From Macrostomum lignano (Eukaryota): 64,000 nt of DNA. Below, piece by piece: positions 50,178 through 62,244 of the stretch (the stretch's first letter is position 1; each line of letters opens with the position of its first letter). The DNA lies in contig NIVC01001009.1 of the NCBI GenBank assembly GCA_002269645.1, forward strand, positions 215,402-279,401, given 5' to 3'. The translations under genes and the position numbers were made by a program. The notes under the pieces were generated by a model. That model was not told where the DNA came from. It saw nothing but the letters and a program-made list of their open reading frames with translations, and made no database searches.

Positions 50178-52821
50178 ATGATCCGCTCCGAGAGCTTTAC
50201 GGATGTTGGGGACGCCGAGTCTCCCGAGCCTGTGGACCGTGGCGCTCGTGGTCACCGGCGGGTGCAGTTCGTTCGCATGACCAGCCGCAGCTGCGAAGAC
50301 GTCGGAGCCGCTGACGCAGGCAATGCGGCGTCGTCCTGCTCAAAGGTGCACTCGGAAGGTGTCGGTTCGACCGGCTTGGTGGCGGCAAAGCCGTCAATTA
50401 AGGACGCCACCGCTGAAGAGGAGCGGAAGCGCCGGATTGCCAGGGGGCTGCGACGTCAGCCCTCAGTTGCTAAGGCAACCACCTCTAAGCCAATGGTGAT
50501 TTGTTTTTACTTTTGGACCTGAATTCAGTATAGATTGTATAAATCATGACACTCGTTCTAAATAAGAATCCCCATCCACCTTCTTCAAATTGCCCATAAA
50601 CCCACCTAAGAATGGCCTCCAATCTCACCTGAGAACCTCTCCTAACTTCACCTGAGGACGCCTGAGAACCTCTCCCAATCTCACCTGAGAATCGTCCCCA
50701 ATCTCACCTGAGAATCGCCCCCAATCTCACCGGAGAATCGCCCCCAATATCACCGGAGAATCGCCCCTAAACTTACCCTCGTCAGGTGGCCATCACGAAC
50801 ACCGCTTTGTACGAAGACGACGGTCGAGACTACACAGATCCGGCCCAGCTCAATGTCCTGTACCCGGCCGAGCGGGTGGACCCGGCCCTGGCGCCCTACC
50901 TGGACATGTCCCGCCCGGCCGAGTCCCTCCTATTGATGACGTCATCTATGGTGACTAGCGGTGTCTACGCCGACTTGTCGGGAACAGCAGGCAGCGGCGG
51001 TGGTCAGGCACCTTCCTCAGCTACTGGCTCGGGGTCTTGGCAGCTGGCCAATCAGTGGCAGTACGCCATGTCTCGGCCGATGCTGTTCCCGGAGCTGCAT
51101 AATTTTCAATTTCTTGACGAACCGTCGAAAGCGTTAGACAACAAACTTGTCGATCTGATTGCAGAATTGTTAGCTAGCCAGTCAGCCAGAGATTTGGCTG
51201 TTCATCTGTTTTATTACGATTATGTCTACCTGTTGGAAAATTACGATACTCAGTTGTTGCCGGGGCTTTATTGTCGGCTACAAACAATTGTGTTTGACGA
51301 GGCTGGCGAGCTGAGACGATTTCTCTTCTTCAGGTGGGTTATTGGTTTTTAAGGCTGAAAACTTCTTGAGGTGGGTGTCTGAATGCAGAGTGAGGTGGGT
51401 GTCTGAATGCGGAGTGAGGTGGGTGTCTGAATGCGAGTGAGGTGGGTGTCTGAATACGGAGTGAGTCGGGTGTCTGAATGCGGAGTGAGGTGGGTGTCTG
51501 AATACGGATTGAGTCGGGTGTCTGAATGCGGAGTGAGGTGGGTGTCTTAATGCAGAGTGAGGTATATTTTATCGATGAGTTTTATCAAACCAAGCCTGGC
51601 ACAAATTCTCCAGGCACAACCTGCTGCGCTGCCTCGTGTCCCTCACTGTACTGTCCCGGCGCACCACTCGAGAGCGAGTTAAACTGCTCTCAGTCTGGAT
51701 CGAAGTACTGTTCCTGTTGCGCAACGAATTCAAAGACCTGTTCGCTTATCGATCAGTCCTGATGGCTTTGACGTCTAGTCAGGTAATTTTCTCTTATTTT
51801 GACATGACAGGATATACAGCGGCCATGACTTTCTCACCGTTAGACATGTACATACTCTGCGCCTTGGGAGGTTGGACTTCGTGGATTAAGCCGAGCAACA
51901 AGCCCCATTGACCAAATTAATGTTCGTGCGCGGAATCAAACCCAGGGACTGTGGAACGATTGTTACTAGGATGGCTGGGGCAAAGAGTCAATTTAGCCGC
52001 GTTGACAGTTTTTTCAGGAAACATTACCCCCCCCCCCCACTAGAGGGGGGCAGCTGGACCCTTGACCTCCCTGAATGACTCACCCCTTCCAGCTTTGTGA
52101 TCATATTAAATACCTGGGCGGCAGTGCCCCATCTTAACACTAGTGAAGCGGCTGCACCCTCTGCCCCCCTGAGCTGTCTGAATCAAACCCTGGGACTTGG
52201 ATTCCCTACTAAATAGCTTCCCTGATCTTAAATACAGGTACTCTCACTGACTCACTCAATAGCTTCCCTGATCTTAAATACAGGTACTCTCACTGACTCA
52301 CTCAATAGCTTCCCTGATCTTTAATACAGGTACTCTCGCTGACTCACTCTTGGCGGCTATTGGAATCGCACGACAAAACTCGATTTGGCGTCTTCCAAAA
52401 GCAGACGCGGGAATTTCGCCGATTCAGATGTGTTGTAGACCCAGCTGATAAGCGCGTCATCTACGATCTCATACCGCTGGTGAAGTTTCCGGCTCATCTG
52501 TACACGTTCAGCTTTGAAGGTCACGACAAACAAATTGAAGACACAACAATGGACGAATTAGTAAATCTAGAACTTATGCTGCAGCGGTACAGCTTCGATG
52601 GGAACTCGCTTCACTCTGTTATGGAGCACTGTCGCACTCTCATGAAAATGCAGTCGCTTATTCCTATGGTGAAGGAGATTTTCTCTTCCGAGACGCTGCT
52701 CAAAGTTTTAATGGATCCAGCGATGTCTGAAGTTCCAACCGTGGAAAGATTCTCAGAGCTCTGTCAGTCTCTCGAAGCTTCAATGACTTCCATGGCGGCC
52801 AGGGCCGGATTCACACCGTGA
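50178..52821 (+). CDS. BCAR3/SH2D3 (NSP family)-like protein with a Cdc25-like RasGEF domain; join(50178-50495,50786-51333,51614-51782,52330-52821), ~508 aa; 5' end uncertain
   Basis: GT-AG phase-compatible exons (0,2,0). RHNLLRCLVSLTVL, ERVKLLSVWIEV...DLFAYRSVLMALTSSQVLSLTHSW, LIPLV, EIFSSETLLKVL and ERFSEL align by eye with the NSP-family GEF-like domain. Confidence 0.68.
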
Positions 52822-52889
52822 TTTTCTTTGGCAACGCCTTAATGCTTAGTTTTTGTGATTTTACTATTGCTTTCGGAGTGGAGTCGTTG

Positions 52890-53520
52890 CCTGTGGGTTT
52901 GTAGAGTGAGGTAATTGTCTATGGGTTTGTAGAGTGGGGTAGTTGTCTATGGGTTGTAAAGTGGGGTAGTTGTCTATGGGTTGTAAAGTGGGGTAGTTGT
53001 CTATGGGTTGTAGAGTGGAGTAGTTGTCTATGGGTTGTAGAGTGGGGTAGTTGTCTATGGGTTTGTAGAGTGGGGTAGTTGTCTATGGGTTTGTAGAGTA
53101 GGGTAGTTGTCTATGGATTTGTAGAGTGGGGTAGTTGTCTATGGGTTTGTAGAGTGGAGTAGTTGTCTATGGGTTGTAGAGTAAGGTAGTTGTCTATGGA
53201 TTTGTAGAGTGGGGTAGTTGTCTATGGGTTTGTAGAGTGGGGTATTTGTCTATAGGTTTGTAGAGTGGGGTATTTGTCTATGGGTTTGTAGAGTGGGGTA
53301 GTTGTCTATGGGTTTGTAGAGTGAGGTAATTGTCTATGGGTTTGTAGAGTGGGGTAGTTGTCTATGGGTTGTAAAGTGGGGTAGTTGTCTATGGGTTGTA
53401 GAGTGGGGTAGTTGTCTATGGGTTTGTAAAGTGGGGTAGTTGTCTATGGGTTTGTAGAGTGGGGTAGTTGTCCATAGGGTTTATAGAGTGGAGTAGTTCT
53501 GTGGGTTCTATAGAATGGGG
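52890..53520. repeat. 27-28-bp minisatellite (GTAGAGTGGGGTAGTTGTCTATGGGTTT)
   Basis: Tandem array just 3' of the stop at 52821. Confidence 0.95.
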
Positions 53521-54503
53521 TTGTCTATAGGTATTCATGGGGGATTTGTTTTGTAAGATGTATAGTTTCGTTATTTTGATGGCTTTTTACATTTTTAGCA
53601 ATTAAAAGTTCACTTAAGACTTGCTTATAGCAATGGAAGGCTTTACTGCTGACAGATATTTTTTGTTTTTGATTTAAATATTTTGACAATAAACGTCTAT
53701 TCACTTTGTCTCTTACAGCTAAATGCAATAATTTTTGTAACGCAAGCAATCCATTTGCATTATCAATGATTGGCATAATTAGTAATCTTCATAATTTTAC
53801 AATTCATATAGCTTACATTTATATGCCTGCATAGAATCTTGGCTCACTCGTTCAAGTTGAAGATGCACTTGACTATATTTTAATTCGCGCACGCTTTGCA
53901 ATCTAGCAATATTTATTATATTCATATTTTTTCAGTTCTTTTTCGCAGCTGTCTATCAATCACCTGATATTGAACTGTTTATCAGTCAGGCCTGCTTACG
54001 TTTTTCAGCTTTGCAAAATTTGTGATTTCATGTTTTTACTGATTTGTGTATATTACAAACAGATTATTATTATATTTATATACACTTTCGGCAAGTCTTT
54101 CTTGCGGATTCAATCGGTTTGTTTGCACATGCAAGTGTGATTAGAATTATGATATGTGTATTCATTAATAATTTAAAATGTCATATTTATCAATACTTCT
54201 AATTTCTAGGTTTAATTCCCAGTATTAGTTAGTTAGTAAGACTCAACTACAATAGAAATAGTGTTCTGTAATTTTACTCTCTGTCTGAGTAAATAAAGCT
54301 TTAAATACAGAATGCATTCTGAATGAATCTCTTCTTATTTTGTCTATATATCATTATTAAATATGCGTATCTATAATCAAGATTTTTTATAAAAAGCAAC
54401 ATCGATTGTAAGCTTTTGTTTTTAACGACTTTATTCATTTTTTATTGACAAATAGGTTCCCAACAACAAAGGTATCAAATCTATATATAACAATTGCTTG
54501 AAA

Positions 54504-54707
54504 TTAAAAGCAAGATTTTGAAAGCAAGATTTTGAAAGCAAGATTTTGAAAGCAAGATTTTGAAAGCAAGATTTTGAAAGCAAGATTTTGAAAGCAAGAT
54601 TTTGAAAGCAAGATTTTGAAAGCAAGATTTTGAAAGCAAGATTTTGAAAGCAAGATTTTGAAAGCAAGATTTTGAAAGCAAGATTTTGAAAGCAAGATTT
54701 TGAAAGC
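54504..54707. repeat. 14-bp perfect tandem repeat (AAAGCAAGATTTTG)
   Basis: About 14 identical units. Confidence 0.96.
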
Positions 54708-54929
54708 AAAAAATAGTCAGAACAGGGCTAACCGTATTAAGAAGAAATTTTTATTTCAGCAGAAGCTCGGCTATTTTACAGAAGGGGAGTCTAATAAGCT
54801 ACTTAGTAAGTAGTGTATACGTAAAATTTAATAAATATTTTTCAGTTTTGATCCTTCTATTTAGCAGAAATTCAGAATCCAATATGCAGTTCCGGTATCA
54901 TAAATGTAATTAAACATACAACTAGAACT

Positions 54930-55925
54930 GGTGGCGCTACCAAATTCAATTTGGCGCCACAGGACCCAACCCGGCGCCAAAAAAAACCAAACTGGCGCCA
55001 CGGAACCCAATCTGGCGTCACGGAACCTAACCTGACGCCACAGAACCCAATCTGAGGTCACAACCCAATATGGCGCCACGGAACCCAATCTGAGGTCACA
55101 GAACCCAATCTGGAGCCACGAAACCCAATCTGGCGCCACAAAACCCAATCTGGCGCCACAGAACCCAATCTGGCGCCACAGAAGCCAGTTTGACAGTATC
55201 AAACCCAATCTGGCGCCACAGAAGCAAACTTCACAGCTAGTATCAAACCCAATCTGGCGCCACAGAAGCAAACTTCACAGCTAGTATCAAACCCAATCTG
55301 GCGCCACAGAAGCAAACTTCACAGCTAGTATCAAACCCAATCTGGCGCCACAGAAGCAAACTTCACAGCTAGTATCAAACCCAATCTGGCGCCACAGAAG
55401 CAAACTTCACAGCTAGTATCAAACCCAATCTGGCGCCACAGAAGCAAACTTCACAGCTAGTATCAAACCCAATCTGGCGCCACAGAAGCAAACTTCACAG
55501 CTAGTATCAAACCCAATCTGGCGCCACAGAAGCAAACTTCACAGCTAGTATCAAACCCAATCTGGCGCCACAGAAGCAAACTTCACAGCTAGTATCAAAC
55601 CCAATCTGGCGCCACAGAAGCAAACTTCACAGCTAGTATCAAACCCAATCTGGCGCCACAGAAGCAAACTTCACAGCTAGTATCAAACCCAATCTGGCGC
55701 CACAGAAGCAAACTTCACAGCTAGTATCAAACCCAATCTGGCGCCACAGAAGCAAACTTCACAGCTAGTATCAAACCCAATCTGGCGCCACAGAAGCAAA
55801 CTTCACAGCTAGTATCAAACCCAATCTGGCGCCACAGAAGCAAACTTCACAGCTAGTATCAAACCCAATCTGGCGCCACAGAAGCAAACTTCACAGCTAG
55901 TATCAAACCCAATCTGGCGCCACAG
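54930..55925. repeat. 44-bp satellite (AAACCCAATCTGGCGCCACAGAAGCAAACTTCACAGCTAGTATC, ~16 copies) preceded by ~20-bp precursor units
   Basis: Period 44 measured at 55201 and 55245; contiguous units with no spacers. Confidence 0.95.
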
Positions 55926-56076
55926 AAGCCAATCAATGCCGGTTTGACAACAGAGAACCTAGTTTGGCGCCACAGAGCCCAATCGGCGCCACAAAAGCGT
56001 ACTCTACACTCTGGAACCGACCTATTCACCCTCGGAAGCCAATGGCAATTATCAGTAGAAGCGGCCAGTGCCACCA

Positions 56077-57016
56077 TCAGTTCCAATCGCAGGGCGTCAT
56101 GTACTGCCGGCTGTTGCACCTGAACCTCGCCACCTCGCTCTCCGTCATCGTCCGGCCGTTCATCTCCGAAGAATTCGCGGCCAGCAGCCGCGCCTCCGGC
56201 GGCACCGGGTTCGCCAGCTCCCGCGCCAGCACCTGCCTGGCATTGTTCCACGGCCGCTGATGATACAGATCCGGTAGCGGCCGACGCTTCTCCAGCGGAT
56301 TCGAGTCCCGGACCTCGGCTGGGTTGTTCACATACCAGGGCGAATTGTGCTTGACCTAAGACCCGAATGGATCAATGGCTTGTTACGTAAGGCGCTTATC
56401 TCCTAGATAATTAAAGCTAACATGCCTATGCATGCACGCGGCGGACTGCCTTGCCTGTTAGATAAGCATGCCTGTCAGATAAGCATATATGTTAGATTAG
56501 GCGCTTATCTGTTAGATAGTTAAATCCTATGTACTCATACCTGTTAATTAGATTAGCATACCTACACGCGGCGGACTGTCTTGCCTATTAGATAAGCATA
56601 TTTGTTAGATAAGTAAGTCTAATCTGTTAGATTTATTAGCCTAGATTTAAGACAAGCCCACCTGATAAACTAGCCTACCTGTTAGAGTAGACTAGTATAC
56701 ACATTAGATGAAGTTTAATTGTTAGACAATTCAACCGGTCACACAGCGCCCTAGTCAGCGCAAATACCTGATAGTGCGGGTCGGTGTGCAGCCGCCTGAC
56801 CCTGTCCTCCGTCTGCATATCTCGCAGCACTCTGTTGCGCAGCTGGGTCCGCTTATCCGGATAGAACAGCTCCCTGGCTCTCGGGTGCTCCCACAGCCAA
56901 GGGCGTCGGCGCCCGTCCTCCTTAGCGGTATTCGGCGGCGCGAGGGGAGCGGCGCTCAGCGCTTCCGAGGTCCAGTCGGGGTGGATCACGTAGAAATCCC
57001 GGGGATTTCGATTGGA
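56077..57016 (-). CDS. Uncharacterised multi-exon protein, last two exons 57016-56768 and 56355-56077; further exons probably near 58250-58330 and 58455-58700
   Basis: GC-rich, codon-biased exons with CAG/TAG acceptors and a phase-0 GT donor: SNRNPRDFYVIHPDWTSE...HTDPHYQ|VKHNSPWYVNNP...MTPCDWN*. No family recognised. Confidence 0.6.
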
Positions 57017-57064
57017 CTGAAGATGCGTTTGAATTTTAGGGACTAAGTAGTTAATCGCTTTAGA

Positions 57065-58228
57065 TCACTCTGAGAGAATCGTTTTCCAACCCCTTAGGAA
57101 CTCGCCCTCCAACCCCCTTAGAGAATCGCCCTCCAACCCCTTAGAGAATCGCCCTCCAACCCCTTAGAGAATCGCCCTCCAACCCCTTAGAGAATCGCCC
57201 TCCGACCCCCTTAGAGAATCGCCCTCCGACTCCCTTAGAGAATCGCCCTCCAACCCCCTTAGAGAATCGCCCTCCAACCCCTTAGAGAATCGCCCTCCAA
57301 CCCCTTAGAGAATCGCCCTCCGACCCCCTTAGAGAATCGCCTTCCAACCCCCTTAGAGAATCGCCCTCCAACCCCCTTACAGAATCGCCTTCCAACCCCT
57401 TAGGAACTCGCCCTTCAACCCCCTTAGAGAATCGCCCTCCAACCTCCCTAGAGAATCGCCCTCCAACCCCCTTACAGAATCGCCTTCCAACCCCTTAGGA
57501 ACTCGCCCTCCAACCCCCTTAGAGAATCGCCCTCCAACCCCCTTAGAGAATCGCCTTCCAACCCCTTAGGAACTCGCCCTTCAAGCCCCTTAGAGAATCG
57601 CCTCCAACCCCTTAGGAACTCGCCCTCCAACCGCCTTAGAGAATCGCCCTCCAACCCCCTTAGAGAATCGCCCTCCATATCCCTTAGAGAATCGCCCTCC
57701 ATATCCCTTAGAGAATCGCCCTCCATATCCCTTAGAGAATCGCCCTCCAACCCCCTTAGAGAATCGCCCTCCATATCCCTTAGAGAATCGCCCTCCAACC
57801 CCCTTAGAGAATCGCCCTCCATATCCCTTAGAGAATCGCCCTCCAACCCCCTTAGAGAATCGCCCTCCATATCCCTTAGAGAATCGCCCTCCAACCCCCT
57901 TAGAGAATCGCCCTCCATATCCCTTAGAGAATCGCCCTCCATATCCCTTAGAGAATCGCCCTCCATATCCCTTAGAGAATCGCCCTCCAACCCCCTTAGA
58001 GAATCGCCCTCCATATCCCTTAGAGAATCGCCCTCCAACCCCCTTAGAGAATCGCCCTCCATATCCCTTAGAGAATCGCCCTCCAACCCCCTTAGAGAAT
58101 CGCCCTCCATATCCCTTAGAGAATCGCCCTCCAACCCCCTTAGAGAATCGCCCTCCATATCCCTTAGAGAATCGCCCTCCAACCCCCTTAGAGAATCGCC
58201 CTCCGACTCCATTAGAGAATCGCCCTCA
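57065..58228. repeat. 24-25-bp minisatellite (AGAGAATCGCCCTCCAACCCCTT)
   Basis: Intronic tandem array; ORF 57472-58212 is a by-product. Confidence 0.95.
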
Positions 58229-59106
58229 GAAAGAACTCTGCACAGCTCACAGAAAATGGAGACGCCGTGTGAACCGCGTCCCGTTTGTCATTTCTCGGCC
58301 AAATGCTGCAAATTCGGAAGTGGATTGCAACTGTGCAAAAGAAAAAACAGCGCACAAAATGAAATGTTAAACAATGCAACATTAACACACAGTTCGCAGG
58401 ACTCAATGTAGGGTCTGGTTGTCACGTTGTACTGGTAGTCAGTTACGGACCAGGTTGCAGCCATTTCTCAGAGGGTGTCTTGAATTCTTGGAGTTTATAA
58501 CAATCTGATGATGAGCCGAGAAGGAACTGAGATGCAGAGCTGCTCTGGCGCTTACTGGGAATTTCTATTTCAGCTGAATAAAGGCATTTTAAGTACGCTT
58601 TCAGACCTTTCTCTAGCCTACCATTGTTTGCACTGGTGTAACTTGAACAGAGCAGCGGAATATGAGGGCCGCATTTCAATAGTAAATTGAGCCAGCTCTT
58701 CAAGCCTTAACAGCTTATTCATTTATTCTCTCTATTAAACTCATAATAGAGTATTGGTTTCAATGCTAAAGTGTTGTGCGAAACTTAGACAGCCGATCTA
58801 CAATTATTTTGAGTCAATGTACAAAACAGATAAACGGAGAGGCTGGGGATAGGAAGGAGAAAAAATGTACACTCCAGCAACGTACACCTCTTTTCGGGGC
58901 TGACTTCCACGCACCTCTCAACTCGGTCTCTCCTTTACACGCGCAGAAAGAGGCGTAGTCAATAGCAACGAGTGTACAAAAACCTCTTACCCTACACGCC
59001 TCTCCGCTCTGCCCCAGGTAAAAAGGCCAAACCCCAACACAGCTCACAGCAAGCCCACATTCCAATCTACCCAAGCCCGTCGTGATTTGCAAAGCCAGCC
59101 GGCACA

Positions 59107-59688
59107 ATGCCCCTGATCCTTCGAGCCAAAGTGATCGTAGTCGGAGACTCAACTGCCGGCAAGAGCTCCCTGGTGCAAATGTTCCACAGCGATGGCCAGC
59201 ATTTTCCAAAGAATTATTCCATGACCACGGGAGTTGAGCTGGTGGTGAAATCCTGCATGCTGCCGCAGACTCAAGGCGATCAGGTAGAAATGTACCTGTA
59301 CGACTGCGCCGGTAAAGACGCCTACAGCGATGTAGTTGAAAAGTATGTGCAAAAGCCTGACCTGTGCATTCTGGTCTACGATGTCACTAGCGAGGCTTCG
59401 TTCAGCAGGTGCGCCCAGTGGCTCGCCAAGCTGCCCAAGCTCGGCCGCTCAGGCGCCGTGCCGACCGCTCTGGTGGCCAATAAATCAGATTTGGACAATC
59501 GTCGAATTGTTACAGCCAGCCAAGGCCAGGAGATGGCCCAGAACAATGGCCTGCTGTATTTTGAGGCCTCCGCCAAGGAGGCGCACGGAGTCGACGCTCC
59601 ATTCATTGAGCTGGCAAAGAAGTACGCAGAGTTGTACGCTGAACGGTGCAGTCAGATGACCGAGATTGCCAGCAGTGGACGGGCGTAA
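59107..59688 (+). CDS. IFT27: Intraflagellar transport protein 27 (Rab-like 4 small GTPase), intronless
   Basis: GDSTAGKS P-loop, IFT27-specific FHSDGQHFPKNYSMTTGVELVVK, DCAGK (G3), ANKSDL (G4), EASAK (G5), no CAAX tail. Confidence 0.93.
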   Translation: MPLILRAKVIVVGDSTAGKSSLVQMFHSDGQHFPKNYSMTTGVELVVKSCMLPQTQGDQVEMYLYDCAGKDAYSDVVEKYVQKPDLCILVYDVTSEASFSRCAQWLAKLPKLGRSGAVPTALVANKSDLDNRRIVTASQGQEMAQNNGLLYFEASAKEAHGVDAPFIELAKKYAELYAERCSQMTEIASSGRA

Positions 59689-59802
59689 TCTGACACCATT
59701 TCATGCGTTTTTAATGCTTTATAATTATGGGCGTACTTTTGCAACATGTACTTTTTACCCCAGGTCTTATGAACTCTAGATGGGCCTCTCCTCCAAGTAG
59801 TC

Positions 59803-60486
59803 CCAAGGACAACTTAAGTAGAAGGACGCAACACTCGAAATCTATGGTAAATGTTTTGAAGGTAACTTTTCGCCGAAAAATACACTACGGAGATAGGAAG
59901 TTTTCATTTTTTCAGCACAAAAATTGTTATTGCTTTTGATAGGAGGCAGATCCAGTGTTCATCTTTTGATATGTTGTGCCTTTCTTATTGCTCTATCGAT
60001 ATTCATAAAGCTTTTCGTTCAGAAATAGTTTTAAAGGCAGGTTTCACCGGAAAAATACACTACGGAGGTAGGAAATTTCACGATTTTCAGCACTAAAACT
60101 GATTGGGTCTCTTAACAGTGTCTGAAAAAGTTCTAATCACACTATTTTGTGCCTCACATGCTGCTCTAACGACACATTAATTGATCTTTCATGTTAAATT
60201 TAGGCTTTTAGGCACAAGACACGTGCAAATGTACGTATAATAAAAAATTAACATTGAATCCTAATTTTCTGAACGAAAAGCTTTTTGAATATCGATAGAG
60301 CAATAAGAAAGGCACAACATATCAAGAGATAAGCACTGGATCTGCCTCCTATCAAAAGCAATAACAATTTTTGTGTTGAAAAAATGAAAACTTCCTATCT
60401 CCGTAGTGTATTTTTTGGGAAAACCTGCCTTCTAAAATTTTCTAGGAAACGAGGTTTCCCTTCCATCTACTTGAGCAGTCCTTGGT
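59803..60486. mobile_element. MITE-like element with ~220-bp imperfect inverted repeats
   Basis: 59866-60025 is the reverse complement of ~60270-60420 and similarity extends to CCAAGGAC/GTCCTTGG; an internal partial third copy at 60040-60085; no clear TSD. Confidence 0.65.
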
Positions 60487-61589
60487 TTGTACGAGCATAT
60501 GTGCTCAGGAGTCAGCGGAATGGACAGAGCTGCCTCAGCGCTGGTTTTGATGTCGCTCGGGGTCCTCACAGCCCTCTGTGAATGCTATTTGTTATAATAC
60601 AAATACAAATACGTTATTAGTTACACGTGCTCGCACAGCAGCCCTGACTTTTTTGGCTGTTTATGATTGATAGATGCTTATTTATCAACATCATAGTAAT
60701 ATATCTCGTGTGTGTATCTCAGGTTTGGAAGTCTGCATTATTCCAATTACTGAGGTATGAAAAATCAGTTTTTAATTTCTTTTCAATTGCAGAATGCACA
60801 ACAATACATTCCGTTCCTGCAAGTTAAATGTTATATTTAGACTTTGTAAGTATACATTAACGCTTGGTTTTGCCCCAATTATTCTAAATAAAAAGTGAAT
60901 TTAAGTTTTAACAGGCAGAATATTAAAATTGTGTTTCAATATGAATTACTTAATATTTGTCTTAAAGTTTAATTTGTTTGGAATTTAGTGAATTTAGAAG
61001 TTGTTATTAAAAACAGCCCGTTTTTATCTCTACCCACTGACTGACTAATTTGCAAACTCAATTTTTATTCGTAAATAGAAATTTTCAGAACGCATTCGGA
61101 ATACTAAAAACTAGGCATAATTATTTATTCACTACGTGCAGTTTTTCCCGTGGACTTGCTTCTCTGCTTGCGAATTTCTTTTGATTTACAAGCCATGTCC
61201 TTTTCAACGTGTCTCGGCATTGGAGTAGACCATGTTGATGCTGTTGTTGTTGTTTGCGCTGAGCATCTCACAGGGGCCGCCAGTCGACGGCTCCCAGGAG
61301 CTGCGCCACCATATCACCACGTGCAAAGCCCCAGTTGATGCTGTTGTTGTAGTTGTAGTATTCATCCCCAAACTGCTAAAAAAAACCCACGATTCGACTT
61401 TAATTTTCTGATCTACATAGTTCCAAAATGTGCATGCCCTATGCGATTTTTTGTTGTGTAAGCAGGATATTGATTTTGTGTAAGACTAGGCTTTTTTGCA
61501 TAGTCAACTTCTCCTCAAGCGCAAAAGTTAGAATTTGAATGACCTAAATAGGAAAAGCGAATATTGTTTAAAAAAGACTTTGGAAAAGA

Positions 61590-62244
61590 AAGGGGATGTG
61601 AACTTAAGAGTCGAAATGGAGCCTGAAGCATTGGGTCCCGATTTCTCTACGCCAATCCCTTCATTTGGAGCCAACTAGCTCCCGTTATGCCGAATCTCTG
61701 TGGGGAGAAAGGGGATAAATGGGGATTTTATATGAACTTAAGGCTCTAGAGATTATCTCAAGGATATGCAGCCCTTAAGCCATGTTAAGGATAGTGATTA
61801 TTTTGGAAACCAAGAAGCAAGTCAATGGCCCTCACATTTCAGTTTTTGGTTTAGGCTGTGACTTTTTTATGGTCTAATTGTAAAAGACCATAAGGTGCCA
61901 TCATCGCCACTCAGGCTGGCGGATGGGGAAGCGGTTTCCCCCCCCCCCTACCTTAGGAGGCGACCCGCAAAAAATTGTTCGGGAGGACCAATCGAATTTT
62001 TGCAAAAATCCAAGCCTGCCTTACTCCACCCTCCCTCTGCTAATCCTAGCTAATCCATTCTGGAGCTTAAGTTCACATGAAATCCCCATTTATCCCCTTT
62101 CTCCTCACAGAGATCTCCAAATGCTAAAGTGGTCGGGTTTTCGGCATAACGGGAGCTAGTTGGCTCCAAATGAAGGGATTGGCGTAGAGAAATCGGGACC
62201 CAATGCTTCAGGCTCCATTTCGACTCTTAAGTTCACATCCCCTT
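61590..62244. mobile_element. MITE-like element with ~155-bp inverted repeats
   Basis: AAGGGGATGTGAACTTAAGAGTCG... mirrored by ...CGACTCTTAAGTTCACATCCCCTT; the right arm has a ~27-bp insertion; TSD not evident. Confidence 0.75.

Noticed and set aside
54930-55925. 44-bp array as a CRISPR-like locus
   Set aside because: Units are contiguous with no unique spacers; eukaryotic context and no cas genes.
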